From NCBI GenBank assembly GCA_032718475.1, contig JAUCBJ010007289.1, positions 62,001 to 126,000 of the forward strand: DNA of 64,000 nucleotides, read 5' to 3'. This stretch comes from Nemertoderma westbladi. Taxonomy: Eukaryota > Animalia > Xenacoelomorpha. Numbering within the stretch: position 1 is the stretch's first letter; each line of letters opens with the position of its first letter. Positions 61,801 through 64,000 of this stretch are shown here, one piece after another. The position numbers and the translations under genes are program-made. Under the pieces are notes generated by a model. It was not told the origin of the DNA and did not search any database. It saw only the letters and a list, made by a program, of their open reading frames with translations.

Positions 61801-64000
61801 CAACAACAATATAAATAAAGAGATATGTCAACAACAACAATATAAATAAAGAGTATGTCAACAACAACAATATAAATAAAGAGGTCAACAACAACAATAT
61901 AAATAAAGAGATATGTCAACAACAACAATATAAATAAAGAGGTCAACAACAACAATATAAATAAAGAGATATGTCAACAACAACAATATAAATAAAGAGG
62001 TCAACAACAACAATATAAATAAAGAGGTCAACAACAACAATATAAATAAAGAGATATGTCAACAACAACAATATAAATAAAGAGGTCAACAACAACAATA
62101 TAAATAAAGAGATATGTCAACAACAACAATATAAATAAAGAGGTCAACAACAACAATATAAATAAAGAGGTCAACAACAACAATATAAATAAAGAGATAT
62201 GTCAACAACAACAATATAAATAAAGAGGTCAACAACAACAATATAAATAAAGAGATATGTCAACAACAACAATATAAATAAAGAGATATGTCAACAACAA
62301 CAATATAAATAAAGAGGTCAACAACAACAATATAAATAAAGAGATATGTCAACAACAACAATATAAATAAAGAGGTCAACAACAACAATATAAATAAAGA
62401 GATATGTCAACAACAACAATATAAATAAAGAGATATGTCAACAACAACAATATAAATAAAGAGTATGTCAACAACAACAATATAAATAAAGAGATATGTC
62501 AACAACAACAATATAAATAAAGAGGTCAACAACAACAATATAAATAAAGAGGTCAACAACAACAATATAAATAAAGAGATATGTCAACAACAACAATATA
62601 AATAAAGAGGTCAACAACAACAATATAAATAAAGAGGTCAACAACAACAATATAAATAAAGAGATATGTCAACAACAACAATATAAATAAAGAGTTATGT
62701 CAACAACAACAATATAAATAAAGAGATATGTCAACAACAACAATATAAATAAAGAGGTCAACAACAACAATATAAATAAAGAGGTCAACAACAACAATAT
62801 AAATAAAGAGATATGTCAACAACAACAATATAAATAAAGAGATATGTCAACAACAACAATATAAATAAAGAGGTCAACAACAACAATATAAATAAAGAGA
62901 TATGTCAACAACAACAATATAAATAAAGAGTTATGTCAACAACAACAATATAAATAAAGAGATATGTCAACAACAACAATATAAATAAAGAGGTCAACAA
63001 CAACAATATAAATAAAGAGGTGAACAACAACAATATAAATAAAGAGATATGTCAACAACAACAATATAAATAAAGAGATATGTCAACAACAACAATATAA
63101 ATAAAGAGTATGTCAACAACAACAATATAAATAAAGAGATATGTCAACAACAACAATATAAATAAAGAGATATGTCAACAACAACAATATAAATAAAGAG
63201 TTATGTCAACAACAACAATATAAATAAAGAGATATGTCAACAACAACAATATAAATAAAGAGGTCAACAACAACAATATAAATAAAGAGGTGAACAACAA
63301 CAATATAAATAAAGAGATATGTCAACAACAACAATATAAATAAAGAGTTATGTCAACAACAACAATATAAATAAAGAGATATGTCAACAACAACAATATA
63401 AATAAAGAGGTCAACAACAACAATATAAATAAAGAGGTGAACAACAACAATATAAATAAAGAGATATGTCAACAACAACAATATAAATAAAGAGATATGT
63501 CAACAACAACAATATAAATAAAGAGTATGTCAACAACAACAATATAAATAAAGAGATATGTCAACAACAACAATATAAATAAAGAGGTCAACAACAACAA
63601 TATAAATAAAGAGGTCAACAACAACAATATAAATAAAGAGATATGTCAACAACAACAATATAAATAAAGAGATATGTCAACAACAACAATATAAATAAAG
63701 AGATATGTCAACAACAACAATATAAATAAAGAGGTCAACAACAACAATATAAATAAAGAGGTCAACAACAACAATATAAATAAAGAGGTCAACAACAACA
63801 ATATAAATAAAGAGATATGTCAACAACAACAATATAAATAAAGAGATATGTCAACAACAACAATATAAATAAAGAGGTCAACAACAACAATATAAATAAA
63901 GAGGTCAACAACAACAATATAAATAAAGAGGTCAACAACAACAATATAAATAAAGAGATATGTCAACAACAACAATATAAATAAAGATATATGTCAACAA
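58828..64000. repeat. 27/30/31-bp tandem array running off the window end
   Basis: CAACAACAACAATATAAATAAAGAG followed by GT, TATGT, ATATGT or TTATGT. Confidence 0.98.

Noticed and set aside
59592-62650. Many hydrophobic MLLLTSLFILLL ORFs
   Set aside because: Translations of the satellite.

Overview
AT-rich animal (probably invertebrate) nuclear DNA, mostly nested transposable elements and satellites. There is one host gene: a two-exon, highly divergent anion-type Cys-loop ligand-gated ion channel subunit (4482-4939 joined to 9956-10562, 354 aa) whose intron holds nested DNA transposons. Two near-complete CRE-like non-LTR retrotransposons (RT plus restriction-like endonuclease) share a CCHC zinc finger but carry different N-terminal modules. 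One is intact with TSD and poly(A) and has a Ulp1/SENP-type cysteine protease (27162-32434). The other has a Cys-rich head and about 50 [YH]S[AV]PTSPGVG repeats resembling the Pol II CTD (about 42870-48162, minus strand). Also present: a Chapaev-type transposon with CACAGTG termini, an IS3EU-like integrase pseudogene, RTE and CR1/L2 LINE fragments, tRNA-SINEs, MITEs and putative LTR-element pieces. The three large tandem arrays are a 39-bp satellite born inside a LINE ORF2, a 44-bp array and a 27/31-bp array. A back-to-back SMART/PacBio-ULI adapter at 58775-58827 marks a chimeric assembly junction. All family assignments come from motif recognition, not database searches, and novelty claims are unverified.
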